64,000 nt of DNA from positions 94,676,001 to 94,740,000 of the forward strand of contig NC_087472.1 of NCBI RefSeq assembly GCF_036321535.1. Reading direction: 5' to 3'. The translations under genes were made by a program, and so were the position numbers. This document shows, piece after piece, positions 23,801 through 36,617 of this stretch (the stretch's first letter is position 1; every line of letters starts with the position of its first letter). The notes below the pieces were generated by a model that was not told the origin of the DNA, made no database searches, and saw only the letters and a program-made list of their open reading frames with translations. This stretch comes from Camelus dromedarius. Its lineage: Eukaryota.

Positions 23801-26799
23801 CACCTAGAGAAAGAACAAACAAAACCCAAAGTTAGTAGAAGAAATCATAAATATAAGAGCCAAAATAAATGGAATAGAGTAAAAAAATAGAAAATATCAG
23901 TAAAACTAAAAGCTGGTTCTTTGAAAAGATAAACCCTTAGTCAGACTCACCAAGAAAACAAGGGAAAGGGCCCAAATTAATAAATTCAGAAATGAAAAAT
24001 GAGAAGTCATAACTGACACCACAGAAATACAAGGGATCGTAAGAGGCTACTATGAGCAATTTGACACCAACAAAAAGGACAACCTAGAAGAAATGGACAA
24101 TTTCTTAGAAAGCTACAATTTGCCAATACTGAACCAGGAAGAAATATAAAATATGAATAGGCTAATTACCAGTATTGGAATTGAATAAGTCATTTTAAAA
24201 CTGCCAACAAACAAAAGTCCAGGACCAGATGGCCTCACAGGCAAATTCTACCAAATATTTAGAGAAGAGTTAACACCTATCCTTCTGAAATTCTTCCAAA
24301 AAATTGCAGAGGAAAGAACACTTCCAAACTCATCATTCTGTGAAGCCATCATCACCATGATATGAACACCAAAGATATCACAAAAAAAGAAAATTATAAG
24401 CCAATTTCATTTATGAATATGATGCAGAAATCCTCAAAAAATACTAGCAAATCAACTCCAACAATATATTAAAAGAATCATTCACCATGATCAAGTGGGA
24501 TTTATCCCAGGGATACAGGGATTTTCCAATATCTGCAAATCAATCAATGTGACACACCACATTAAGAAACTGAAGAATATAAAAATATATGATCATCTCA
24601 AAAGATGCAGAAACAGCTTTTGATAAAATTCAACATCTATTTATGATAAAACCTCCCTAGAAAGTGGGCATAGCTAGAACATACCCCAACATAATAAAGG
24701 CCATATATGACAGGCCCACAGCTAACATCATACTTAATGGTGAAAAGCTGAAAGCATTTCCTCTAAGATCAGGAACAAGACAAGGATGCCCAGTCTCACT
24801 ACTTTTATTCATCATAGCTTTGCAAGTCCTAGCCATAGCAATCAGAAAAAAAAGAAATAAAAGGAATCCAAATTGGAAATGAAAAAGTAAAACTCCCACT
24901 GCTTGCAGATGACATGATACTATACATAGAAAACCCTAAGGAAGCAACCAGAACTCATCAATGAATTTGGTAAAGTTGAAGGATACAAAATTAATATACA
25001 GAAATCAGTCACATTTCTATACACTAACAATGAAATAGCAGAAAAATCAAGGGAACAATACCATTTACCATCACATCAAAAAGAATAAAATACCTAGGAA
25101 TAAACCTACCCAAGGTGGGCAAGGAGCTGTACTCTGACAACTATAAGACATTCTTGAAAGAAACTGAAGACAATGTAAACAGTTGAAAAGATATACCATA
25201 TTCTTGGATTGGAAGAATCAGTATTGTTAAAATGGCCATACTACTCAAAGAAATATACAGATTCAATGCAATCCCTATCAAATTACCGATGACATTTTTC
25301 ACAGAGCTGGAACAAAAAAATGTTAAAATTTGTATTTTGTGGAAATACAAAAGACCTTCAAGAGCCAAAACAGTCTTGGAAAAGGAGAACAGAGTTGGGG
25401 GAAATCACACTCCCTGACTTCATACTACACTACAAAGCCACAGTAGTCAAACAGTATGGTACTCACACAAATGCAGACACATGGATCAATGGAACAGGAT
25501 ATAAAGTCCAGAAATAAACCCACCACTTATGGTCAATTAATCTATGACAAAGAATGCAAGAATATACAACAGAGAAAAGACAGCCTCTTCAACAAGTGGT
25601 GCTGGGAAAACTGGACAGCTACCTGTAAGAGACTGAAATTAGAACATTCTCTAACACCAGATACAAAAATAAACTCAAAATGGACTAAAGACCAAAATGT
25701 TAAGGCCAGATACTATAAAACTCCAAGAGGAAAACATAGGCAGAACACTCTTGGACATAAATCACAGCAATTTTTTTTTAACCAGCTCCTAGAGTAATGG
25801 AAATAAAAGCAAAAATAAATAAATGGGACCTAATTAAACTTAAAAGCTTTTGCACAGCTAAGGATACCATCAACAAAACAAAAAGACAACCTACCGCATG
25901 GGAGAAAATATTGCAAGTGATGCAACCGACAAGGGACTAATTTCCAAAAGATACAAACAGCTCAAACATGTTTATATATATACATATAAACATTTATATA
26001 TATGTATATATATAAATATAAACACACACACACACACATATATATATAAAGCAACCCAATCAAAAAATGGGTAGAGGACCTAAATAAACATCTCTCCAAA
26101 GGAGACATCCAGATGGCTAACAAGCACATGAAGAGATGCTGAACATCACCAATTGTTAGAGAAATGCAAATCAAAACTACAATGAGATATTACCTCACAC
26201 CAGCCACAATGGCCATCAGTAAAAAGTCCATAAATGATAAATCCTGTAGAGGGTGTGGAGAAAAAGGAACCCTCCTATACTATTGGTGGGAATGTAAAAT
26301 GGTGCAATCACTACGGAATACAGTATGGTGACTCCTTAAAAAAGTAAAAATAAACACCATATGATCCAGCAATCCCACTCCTGGGCATATATCTAGTTAA
26401 AAATATAATTTGAATAGACACATTCACCCCCATGTTCACAGTAGCACTGTTCACAATATCCAAGACATGGAAACAATCCAAATATCCATCAACAGATGAC
26501 TGGATACAGAAGATGTGGTATATTTATACAATGGAATACTACTCAGCCATAAAAAATAAAATAATGCCCTTTGCAGCAACATGGATGGACCTAGAGACTG
26601 TCATTCTAAGAGAAGTCAGTCAGAAAGAAAAAGGAAAATACCATATGATATTACTTATATGTGGAATCTAAAAAAAAAAAATACACAAATGAACTTATCT
26701 ACAAAACAGAAACAGACTCATAGACGTAGCGAACAAACTTATGGTTACTAGCCAGTAAACGGAGTGGGAAGGGTTAAACTGGGAAATCGAAATTTGCAC
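20840..26799 (+). mobile_element. L1 copy B: near-full-length (5' UTR, degenerate ORF1 ~21910-22793, degenerate ORF2 from 22868), 3' UTR truncated
   Basis: 5' AAGATGGCAGAATAG; ORF1 peptides MRRQRSISQ.. and ELNNKITEMNNT..; ORF2 start MAVRTYVLIVTLNVNGLN; RT and C-terminal peptides to ~26670; multiple stops. Confidence 0.95.
25970..26050. repeat. (TA)n/(CA)n compound microsatellite inside L1 copy B
   Basis: Seen directly. Confidence 0.9.
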
Positions 26800-26952
26800 C
26801 CCTTGGGGAGTGACTGAATTGTTAGCTATCTTGACTGTGATAGTGGTTTCATTGGTGTATACATCTATCAAAATTCACCAAATTGTACATCTGATATATG
26901 TGTAGTTTACTATACAGGAATCATACCACAATAAAGGTGTTTAAAACAAAAA
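26800..26952 (+). mobile_element. Older L1M (L1MC/MD-type) 3' end abutting copy B
   Basis: TATCTTGACTGTGATAGTGGTTTCA...AAATTGTACA...CAATAAAG followed by an A-rich tail. Confidence 0.7.
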
Positions 26953-27482
26953 GACAAAGAAGTTATATCAACTTTACCTGCATGTTTTAAAGGAATAGAT
27001 GTCTCACTGAGAACACTTCTGCTTCCCAAAATTATAAAACCAAAACCAGTTCATGAAGTCTTAATGGAGGGTACAATTATGAACGTAAGACTTGATGGAA
27101 TGAAGGTAAGATGTCTATAGGAGAACTGATACATCTGAATAGGCTTCTTATAGAATGGTTGCATGTCTTTTACCTGATTTTATTATGCAGATGGTCATTG
27201 TACCTCACTGGGGAACGTTTCCTCACCTAGTACTTGAGACAGAAGGTATGTAAATCCACCATTCAAGAATATTAATTGGACATGCTAAAGGAAACCGACA
27301 AAACTGCTTGAGCAAAACACAAAAATCTTTTGATTTACATCATAGTTCAAAGTCTCCCTGGTATCAAGCCAACTGATGATAACATAGTTGGATGGGTGGA
27401 TCAACCTATGATTTCACTTAAGTTACATCTTACAGATCTTTGCAAAACTGGAAATGCAGCTCTAGAAACAGTTCAAATTTAA

Positions 27483-30400
27483 CCCATTACTTTCCATCAA
27501 TCCCACAACCTCCCCTATTTATGTCAAAAAAGGCATGTAGCTGCTCCAGAAACTCTTTTCTAGACCATTTCCAATTCCTAAAAGAAATAATCAGGAAAGA
27601 GGACTTTTAGAAAATACAAACTGCTGTAGAAGCACCCTCGCCCAACAAGCTAGTTTAAGGAAAATTTTAAAACAAAAACTGTAAGATGTCTGTTTGCATC
27701 TGTCTGTATGTCCATGTGTGTGTCTATACATACAAATGTGTTACAAGTATGTGGTATTTTTTCCACCTCCAGATGGTATTACTAAAATTAATTTGTAAAA
27801 GAGCTCCATTTAATTGGCTTAAAAACAATCACTATATAAAATGAGTATACATTCAAAATATAGTAGAAACTAACCCAAATATTTTTCAAGTTCACATAAT
27901 CCAGGATTAATCTTTAGAAAATAAAAGCTAATTTGGTTTAACACGGACATATCTTTAGACTTCAACATTAAGTCTAGTACTTTTACTCTAGCTAGGCTTA
28001 CTAGCAGTCAAATAAGCTCATGTTATCTCTTGCAAAATTTGTCAGCCAGAAAAACAACTTAGGGTAATGACTGATGTTGTCTAATGTCTAATGAGGTTTT
28101 TGTTTTTGTTTTTGGAGATAAACTAAACATGGTTGTAAGATGAATTAAATGTTAATCAGAAAAGAGTTTTCAGGTGAACTTTTTAGCAGTGATTGTTTTA
28201 TGACATATCTACTTTATCTAAGAGATTATTCCAAATGTCTGGTAACTTACACCCTTAGAGTTTAAAAGTTTTGCTAAATTAAGTTAAATGAGTTAAGCTC
28301 ATTTGATTATCTAGATCATCCCCAAATATAAGAAGATAATGAAACATTACTGAACATAGACTTTACAGACAACCTAAAGACATCTGGGACCATTACTAAA
28401 CATATTTGGTACCACACTGAGAAATTTTCTATGAGAAAAGCATGTTTCTAGAAATTATAAAAAATATTTGTTTGCCAATTTATAGAATGCTAATGTCAAA
28501 GACAATTCATAATTGCTTACTTTTTAGTTTCACTAGAAATTAATGGCTTCTAAGGGTTTTTAAAAATTCTAATGTATGTGAATAAAGCTACTGGAAAAAA
28601 AATAAGGGAAATATCTCCATATGCAAGGAAAGTAGGGTGTGTGTTCTCAGTAAAAGATTTATGAAAAAGGAAACTTTGAAAGGAATTTTATGTGTTGTCA
28701 GGACTGGATAAAATTGGAATGAATCTAATTAGGTGAGTTTTAATTTCAAAAATAAACTGGTGCAGAATTGAAATTTGGTGCTTTCTGTTAAAAGGACATT
28801 TTTATTTTCTATTGGTTTGCTAAGTTTTGCTCTTTCAAGTTGCTCTTTATAAACTTCTCTATTTGCCTATGAAGCCTTTAGTTCTTATGGTGGTTAAATG
28901 GATAACTAAGCATTGTCAAATAGGATCACAAATCACTGTGAAACAAAGTGTTTTAAAACCTTTTGGATATTTTTGACAAACTTGACAAAAATCAGATTCT
29001 AAATGAAGTATTTTTGACTTAGAACTATAAAAGATGAGGTATTTCAGAGGGCCCCTGAAATATCTCAAAGATTTGTTTTCTCTCATTATTAAAAAAAATG
29101 GAGATTTTAAACTAATTAGGCTTATTTGATAAGTAAAATTACACAGGAAGTATTATCAAATAAAGAGTTAACACTAAGCCTTGTTTATGTTGTGTCTGTA
29201 TACATATGTGTTATAAGTGTTTCAGAAATTGTGTGGAATTCCTGCCACTCTGATATGTCCTGGCATAAAAAGCTGTATGTCATCAAAACGGAGGCTCACA
29301 CTAAAAGGATGGAAGCTGAGAACTGGGAAAATGCCCTAGCTGACTTTCATGCCAAGGCAGCAGCAATAGACTTTTGCCATCCTGATGACCTTGTAACATG
29401 GCAACAGTCAGCTCCAACATCAGATAAATTAAAACAGATAAACAATAGCTGTCAATTAAACCAACAGTCAGGCTATGGGGAAAACCAAGACAGCAGCCTG
29501 GTTCTTCCTGGCTCCTTGGCAAACCCTTTTTGGTTTTCGCATTTCTTCACCCACCATAGTACGCTGAAGATGAGTCAAATTTTAAATAGATATTGGTAGG
29601 GAGATTTCTATAAAACTGTGCAAATCATCTACCAGCAGCATCTGATCCTGGAAAAACTGTTCTTCCCAGAGGCCTCAGACCTACTCCCTTCTGTCCCCTT
29701 TGAACACCAGCAGCTGGACTTCATTCAACCGCCACTTAGGATGGGCTATCAAAATAACCCTGTTATTGGGTGCATGTTTTCTGGATGTGTTGAAGCCTTC
29801 CCTTGCTGCGAGGCTGATGCCTTCAGTGGCAACAAAAGTGTTAGAAAATGTGTTTCCCACTTGGGATACATTTTTTGCCATCTCCAATCATCAAGGTACA
29901 CACTTCACTGGGCAAATCATACAAGTCTTAAAAATTTGCAGACTTCTTGGAATTATCACTGTCCCTGTCATCCTTAGTCATCGGGCTATGTTGACAGAAT
30001 AGAAAAGCTGCACTCAAGCAAAACAAGAATTACATAGGACTGAATGAACTGATGAATATGATTTTAATTTTTATGACTTTGTCTAAAATATTAATTTTAA
30101 TCTTTTATTTTCCAGATACAAGAAAAACAGAGCAAATTTGGTAAATTACACCTTTGTAAGCAGAACTGAAACATTTATCTTTTTCTCCCTACCCAATCCC
30201 TCCAGAATTCAGAAACTCACAAGGAGTATTCTTATTTTCTTGGTAGTATAGTTATTTGCATAAGTTCAGTAAGACTCTGTTCTCCTTACAACAGGACACA
30301 ATTGGAAACACTGATTGTATTACCAAGGCTTTGACTGGAATGTCCTATTTGACAGAGACACCTGTAGACTCTGATTAGACCAGACAGCTTGAAGGAACTA

Positions 30401-31562
30401 AGGCTGACTTTATGGAACCATAAAACCCTTGGAAAACCAGCCTGGGACCTTGCTGACCGAGTTCCCAACAGCCTTACCAGGTGAGTAAGGAAGGTCACTT
30501 CCTGGCAGGTACAGGAACCTCACGATATTCTGGTTACCTCAAGAAGTGAGGAATTCACCCACATCTATAGGTATTACAGGCAAAATCCAACGGTAGTCTT
30601 TGGCTTGTTTTTGTTGGCCTCAAGAGGCCTTTAAAAGTTCAATCCGAGATTCCTTGTGAAAGGGGAAAAAACTATTCTTGTTACACTTCTATAAATAATC
30701 AGATCAAGTTTATTGAAACCAGACTTATTTTTGTGAAAAAATTATTAATTTGACAATCTCTGGTTGAAATGGGGGTGTTTTTAGAGAGAAAAAAATTTTC
30801 AGTAGTATCTTTGTGGGTATTAGAATACATTGATGAGCCTTCACCACACAGGCCTCTATTCCATTAGTTAGACACGTGCTTTGGGGGAAAAAAGTGCACA
30901 AAAAAGTCTTTCAGGTTTTATTATTTACCTATAAACTGGACTAGATCCTGAATTCTTCCAGTTTTCTCCAGTATCTGGCGATGACTCTCCAAACTAACAT
31001 CTCTAGTTTTTCTCCCATCCTTTTCACTTGGCATCACTGAGAACTAAAACTGACCTTTTTCTGATGCCTGAAAGCTTAAGTTGGACAACTTGATGTAAGT
31101 TTCAAAGAAATCACCACAATGACTCATGTATGGACAATCTTTGTGCCTGTTGCTGTGTGGGCCAATGAAAAAGCTGAGAGACATTCAAACTGCACCCCAG
31201 GAAAATCTGTCAGATGGCCACTGCCTGCCTCACTCCATCTGAGGATGCTTCCAGCCTGACGTGTAGAAATCTTCTCTACTGGCTATCCTCAGAACTCAGA
31301 AATTGAAATTATAGTCTACTCTCATCATTAACCATTGTTTTTCTTTTGTTTCCACAGAAATGCCTTTTATTAAATACCTGATTGCTTGCAACATAAGCCT
31401 AACTAAGGGAGCCCACCTGCATCACCACCTCCTGAAATAAGAGACAACTATTAAACTGAACTGACCTACTCTCAGGACTGAGACTGGTTCAGTGAGATGG
31501 AGCAATCTATCGACCCACCTCCCGGACTGTGAAACTTCCAGGGACGTTTCAGAGTAGGGAAC
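27483..31562 (+). mobile_element. ERV1 (MER4/MER34-group) internal region, 5'-truncated and non-coding
   Basis: AT-rich internal sequence containing a pol relic, with a purine tract TTTCAGAGTAGGGAAC immediately before the LTR at 31563. Confidence 0.8.
29270..30000 (+). pseudogene. pol: Retroviral pol relic (RNase H end and integrase)
   Basis: Peptides AHTK..ENALADFHAKAAA, HFFTHHS..KM, PFEHQQLDFIQ, CMFSGCVEAFPC and VFPTW..ISNHQGTHFTGQII in shifting frames. Confidence 0.85.
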
Positions 31563-32008
31563 TGCAGGACTTCAGAATAGGCCTCCCCAAAACGTGCCAC
31601 TTGTGCATGAGGGTTATTTTGAGTTAAAGGCTATCAAGAATCTGTAGGTTCAAGAGAAACTACTGCTACTCCCCTAAACTGGAAGAAACTAAACTGGCAA
31701 TTTTTCCCAGAAAAGGTAATTTTATATAAATGGCCCCATCTATATGGCAGGGCAAACATTTAACTATCAAACATCTGTTCTTCGTCCTGTGAATGACCCT
31801 CCCGTACTTGGAAGCTTCAGGTGCCTATCCCGTTTCTTAGCTCAGGATGGCACACAGACCTTATTTTACCTTTTTATTTCTGAATGTCTCATGTATGTGG
31901 GATTTCTTATTACAAAATTAGATTTTCTGCTGTTGATCTGTCTCAAGTCAATTTCTTGGACCAGCCAAGATGCTAGATGGGTAGAGGAAGGTTCTTTTCT
32001 TCCATCAT
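31563..32008 (+). mobile_element. 3' LTR of the provirus (MER34-like)
   Basis: Starts TGCAGGACTTCAGAATAGGCCTCCCCAAAACGTGCCACTT..GTTATTTTGAG; contains TTTTATATAAA; ends ..GGGTAGAGGAAGGTTCTTTTCTTCCATCA. Confidence 0.8.
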
Positions 32009-32719
32009 GATCTATCTCCAGCTATCTTTAACATATTCAAAGTTGGGCCCCATCACTCAACTCTGCCATAGTCTTCACAGCTATCACAAGAGTCCTGAAT
32101 AGTCATACTTAGTCAGACAGAATGAAAGTGTTAAACCTATGGCCATTGTGTACAGAAACTTGAGACTCCTAATGTTTTCTAAAATCAAATCAAAATTATT
32201 TTGTGCACTTTTTTCCCCCCAAACACGTGTCTAACTAATGGAATAGAGGCCTGTGTGGTGAAAGCTCACCAATGTATTCTAATAATATTGCTAATAATGA
32301 CCTATTTGATGTATTCTAACAATACTGCTAATAATGAATTCTCTCAGGTTATCTCCCCCTTTCAGGGCCTTCCTTCACACTGTTTCTTCTGCCTTGAACA
32401 TTCTTCCTCTCCCTTGCCACATGGCTGACTCTGCCTGTCTCCAGACCAACTTGTCTAAATAATGCCCACCTGTATTTCTTATCACTATACCCGTATGGAA
32501 TTTAGAATAAATGTACATCTTCATTAAATTGTTTATTGTCTTTTTTCCCATTTAAATAAGCCCATGTTAGATTCACTAATTTGTATCCAAATACTGTTAA
32601 TAATTTCATGATTAATTTTATGCGTCATTCACTTCAAAATTGAGATTATTATTACCTGGGTATAAATTAGTGAATATTACCATATTTAATACCATACTGT
32701 GCAAATTACACACCAGCTC

Positions 32720-32890
32720 TAGACTCCTCCCCAAAATACCTGAGTCTATGTTTTGTGCCCACTAAGCAGATTAAAGTACAAAGTTGCAGAAAATTAAAGA
32801 AAATCACACAAAATCCTACGATTAGGGAGTGGTAGAGCTGAGAATTAAGGGCAGATCTTTTTGACTGCAGAGCCCATACCCTTAGGCAAT
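32720..32890 (-). mobile_element. MIR relic
   Basis: AGTGGTAGAGCTGAGAATT...TGACTGCAGAGCCCAT. Confidence 0.55.
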
Positions 32891-33727
32891 CTGTGACAGT
32901 ATCTCTCCAAGAGAAACACTGGGTCATTACTTTCTGATACGCTAGAGATATGCAAGGACCCATGTGTTTCTCTGCCGTTCACCCTACTAGTATTTGCATG
33001 CTGCTATTGATTTGGGTACAGAACAAAAATGCCTGAAGGAGGAATGACATCCAACTTTTCTCCCTCAGATTACTTCCCCTAAGGCTGCTCCTGGAGATTA
33101 CATAACTAACTGCCCCTAACGCTGGTGGTCCTCACTGGTAACAGGAACAGTCTTGTAAAGCCAGATGAGGGTAGAAATCCACAAATATGTTCTGTTTAGA
33201 ATTTAAAAGAAGAATATCATTTTCATGATATTCGATTCTAGATATTCTTATGCCAAAAAATAAACACAGACGCAGAATAGCATTAAGGACTGAACACTCA
33301 CAAGATGTAATACTTCCCTGTGCACTAAAAGGTTGGAGGTCTAACTCAGAAGCACTTGCAGTGAATTGTTCACATAATGGTGCATGAATTATCTTTAGCG
33401 TGCTGGATTTATTCAGTTTCTTCTTCATTAAAAGAGAAGTGACTTTAGATACCTCCTTGGACTCCTGATGATACTGTGGAATCAGCTCATGACATGAATT
33501 TGCATTCACTTTGACCTCTAACAAGCAGAGTTTAGAAGGAAAAATAACAGGGAAAAAAGCTTTCACTTTCTGCCATAACCAACATAGTCACTGAAAAGGA
33601 ATTTCTTACCCCAAAATATATCTCTTTGGAATTAAGATTACTTTGAGCTAGTTATTTAAGAAACACTAGACATAGGAAAAGCTCTGAAAACCAAGTAGAA
33701 GTTACTCTTTTTAAGAGACACTTACAA

Positions 33728-34161
33728 ACCGACAACATAATGCCATTTGCAGCAACATGGATGCTCCTGGAGAATGTCATTCTAAGTGAAGTAAGCCAGA
33801 AAGAGAAAGAAAAATACCATATGAGATCGCTCATATGTGGAATCTAAAATAAAAACAAAAACAAACAAAGCATAAATATAAAACAGAAACAGACTCATAG
33901 ATATAGAATACAAACTTGTGGTTGCCAAGGGGGAGGGGGTTGGAAAAGATAGGCTGGGATTTCAAAACTGTAGAATAGATAAACAAGATTATACTGTATA
34001 GCACAGGGAAATATATAGAAGATCTTACGGTAGCTCACTGAGAAAAAAATGTGACAATGAATATATATATATGTTCATGTATAATTGAAAAATTATGCTC
34101 TACACTGGAATTTGACACAACATTGTAAAATGATTATAAATCAATAAAAAATGTTAAAATT
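33728..34161 (+). mobile_element. 5'-truncated young L1 (3' UTR) with 15-bp TSD
   Basis: TSD AAGAGACACTTACAA (33713-33727) / AAGAGACATTTACAA (34162-34176) at a TT|AAGA site. The 3' UTR closely matches 53811-54265(-). Confidence 0.9.
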
Positions 34162-34434
34162 AAGAGACATTTACAAGGGAAATCTCCATTTTTAAGGAAG
34201 CAAGGATGACTATCTCTAGAAACTCTTATAAATGGAGAAGGCAAGGACTTAAATCTGCGTAACAACTATAACCTTGTTTACTGTGCTTTTCCTTGATTCC
34301 CTCCCATAACTGACTCTTCCTCTACCCCAACATCTTTTGTCTTTAGTGGAGATGATATTTAAAGTGATAACTTGGGCCATTTTGGGGTACTCAGTCTTCC
34401 TGGATATCTCCCATTTATATAAGAGGTATACATG

Positions 34435-34891
34435 TGTGAAATAAAATTCATATTTTATGTAAGACAAGAAAAATTTAAACATAAAAAAATTCTTCGATGC
34501 CTTTTGGCCTCCTCTCTCCCCGACTGTGCACTGGGCATGTGCATTATGCACCAAACATGCCCCATCAGCAGGAATACCTGCGCAACCATAAGGAACAACA
34601 TGCTCCTAGCATCAAGACAACTCCTTAAAAGATAACATTCCTTCTTGATCCTATGAGGGATCACATGACCCACCAGGATAACATTTAGATCTAGATAACC
34701 TAAACTGTCAATGATACGTCATTTGACATATAGCCCTCTGTCTCAACAACTTATATAACTGTGCCTTGACTTCTAACCAGAACAGTTCTCAGAGCTTTCT
34801 GAGATGCTTTTCCTGGTTACAATCCTCAAATTTGGCTCAAATAAAATTTTCCATTTCTTTCTTAGATTGACTGATTAATTTTTTGCCAACA
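34435..34891 (+). mobile_element. Second solo LTR nested in the MER34-like LTR
   Basis: TG...CA ends, TATATAA at ~34753 and AATAAA at ~34839. The host sequence resumes after it (TACATG | TTATTAC). Confidence 0.7.
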
Positions 34892-35773
34892 AAATGTTAT
34901 TACATTTCTGTTTGTTTTTCTCCTTTTAATCCATCTTTTTTATTTCCTGGGGGTCTCAGCTAAGAACCTAGAAGGGTAGACGGAAAATTGTTCTCTCCCC
35001 TAAATCATCTAGCAAGTCAAGTCCCAGCCAGTTGAGACGTGAATTATTCTATGATAATGAAGTGTCACTCTTCAGTGTGTGATACTATATACTTTATAGT
35101 CAATTTAAGGCCCTAAATGTTTCTCAATCTATAAAAATTTTATCAGTAGATATCTTGGTAAAAGTCATTTACCAATAAAAGCATATGAAATAAGCCATTT
35201 TAGAATATAGTTGATGATCATTTTCCACAGTAAAAAATAATCTGTCTGGAGAGTAATATAAAGAAATAAGCACAATGAATTTACTGAACTGTAGGTCTGT
35301 TTCAATGGAGACAATGCACTAGTGCCAATAAAATTCTACCTGTTAATTTATAATATCTTTTAAAAATCACCTTTATCAATAATGTTAAATTTTATAATTT
35401 TATATCTTAATTTTGTAGTTTTATATCTAATAGGTACTCAATATTTTATTAAAACACTTCATTTATTGAAATATAAACTAATGATATGGTATCATGGGTT
35501 TCATTTTACTTCTTATTTTTAAGTGACAAAGTACTATTTACAAGTAAGATTCAAATCTGCACTTCATAAAATGTTTTCCAATTTAACCAAGTAAGCTTGA
35601 CTATCTTCCTTCTATCATTTCAGTAAAAATGTGGGTAAATAAGTAGAGAATATTCAGGCACTAAAAAGACAAATGTGAAAAACAAAAGAGAAAGAGAAAG
35701 CTGGCTGGCCAGATAAGTGACAGAATAGTTTGTATTGAGAACTGTTTAAAATCTAATTAGTTTAGTATGTAAT

Positions 35774-35965
35774 CTAGTGGTTTTCAAATTGCAGTCTCCA
35801 GACCAGCACTTGGCACCATCATGGGAGCTTATTAGAAATGCAAATTCTTGACCCACATCTCAGACCTACTGAATCAAAAACTCTGAGGCCGACAACCTGG
35901 CAACCTGAGTTTTCACATGTCCTTTGGTAATTCTGATGTGAACTAAAATTTGAGAACTTTGCTCT
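35774..35965. mobile_element. MER5A-like MITE
   Basis: TAGTGGTTTTCAAA...TTAGAAATGCAAATTCT...AGACCTACTGAATCA...TTTGAGAAC. Confidence 0.85.
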
Positions 35966-36617
35966 AGTCCATTCATTCATTTATTCATTCATCCATCACA
36001 TACATTGCTAACTTCTTATCACATGCCAGGTACTAGGTGAGTAGCTGGGCCAGAAGTAAAGACTAACGTATCAACAGCAACAATCTATTGAAAGCTTACT
36101 CTTTGACAAGACATTTCCGTAACTAAGATCATTAGCCTTTATAACAACCTTAGAAGTATTTCTATTGTTATGTTCCAAATCTATTTTTGGGAGGACAATG
36201 GGAGCACCACCAGGCAGCAACCAGCCCTGTTGGAGAAGTGCCTAGCTCTGCCCCAGAGAATCCCAGGTGGTGTTGCCCAGACAACGTGACACCTGAGTTG
36301 CCTCCAAATTTTAACTGAATTTCCCAAGAAAAAACTGAAGGAAAGTGAAAGAAACTATGTTATCAGATAGTTTTCTAGGGAATTCACATTCTGTAATTTA
36401 TCACAACAGCCCTCTGAGGAAATTAGCAACTCTTTTAAAAATTCAAAACAACAACATGAACCTAAATGAGTAAGTAATTGTCTAAAGCCATAAATTTTCA
36501 AGTTTAAGAGAAGGGAGTTGAGCCTGGCTTGAACCCAGAGCACCTGCAAATCCTCTGAGGTGTGACAATACATGGTCAGGAAGTTTAGTATGCTAAGAGT
36601 GATAGGGTTGTGAGGAG

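Larger units (their letters stand above)
33592..35003 (+). mobile_element. MER34-like solo LTR hosting two nested insertions
   Basis: Start TGAAAAGGAATTTCTTACCCCAAAATATATCTCTTTGG; end GAACCTAGAAGGGTAGACGGAAAATTGTTCTCTCCCC. Confidence 0.75.

Noticed and set aside
30000..31560. Captured env/syncytin-like gene
   Set aside because: No long ORF, and no furin-site or immunosuppressive-domain motif seen
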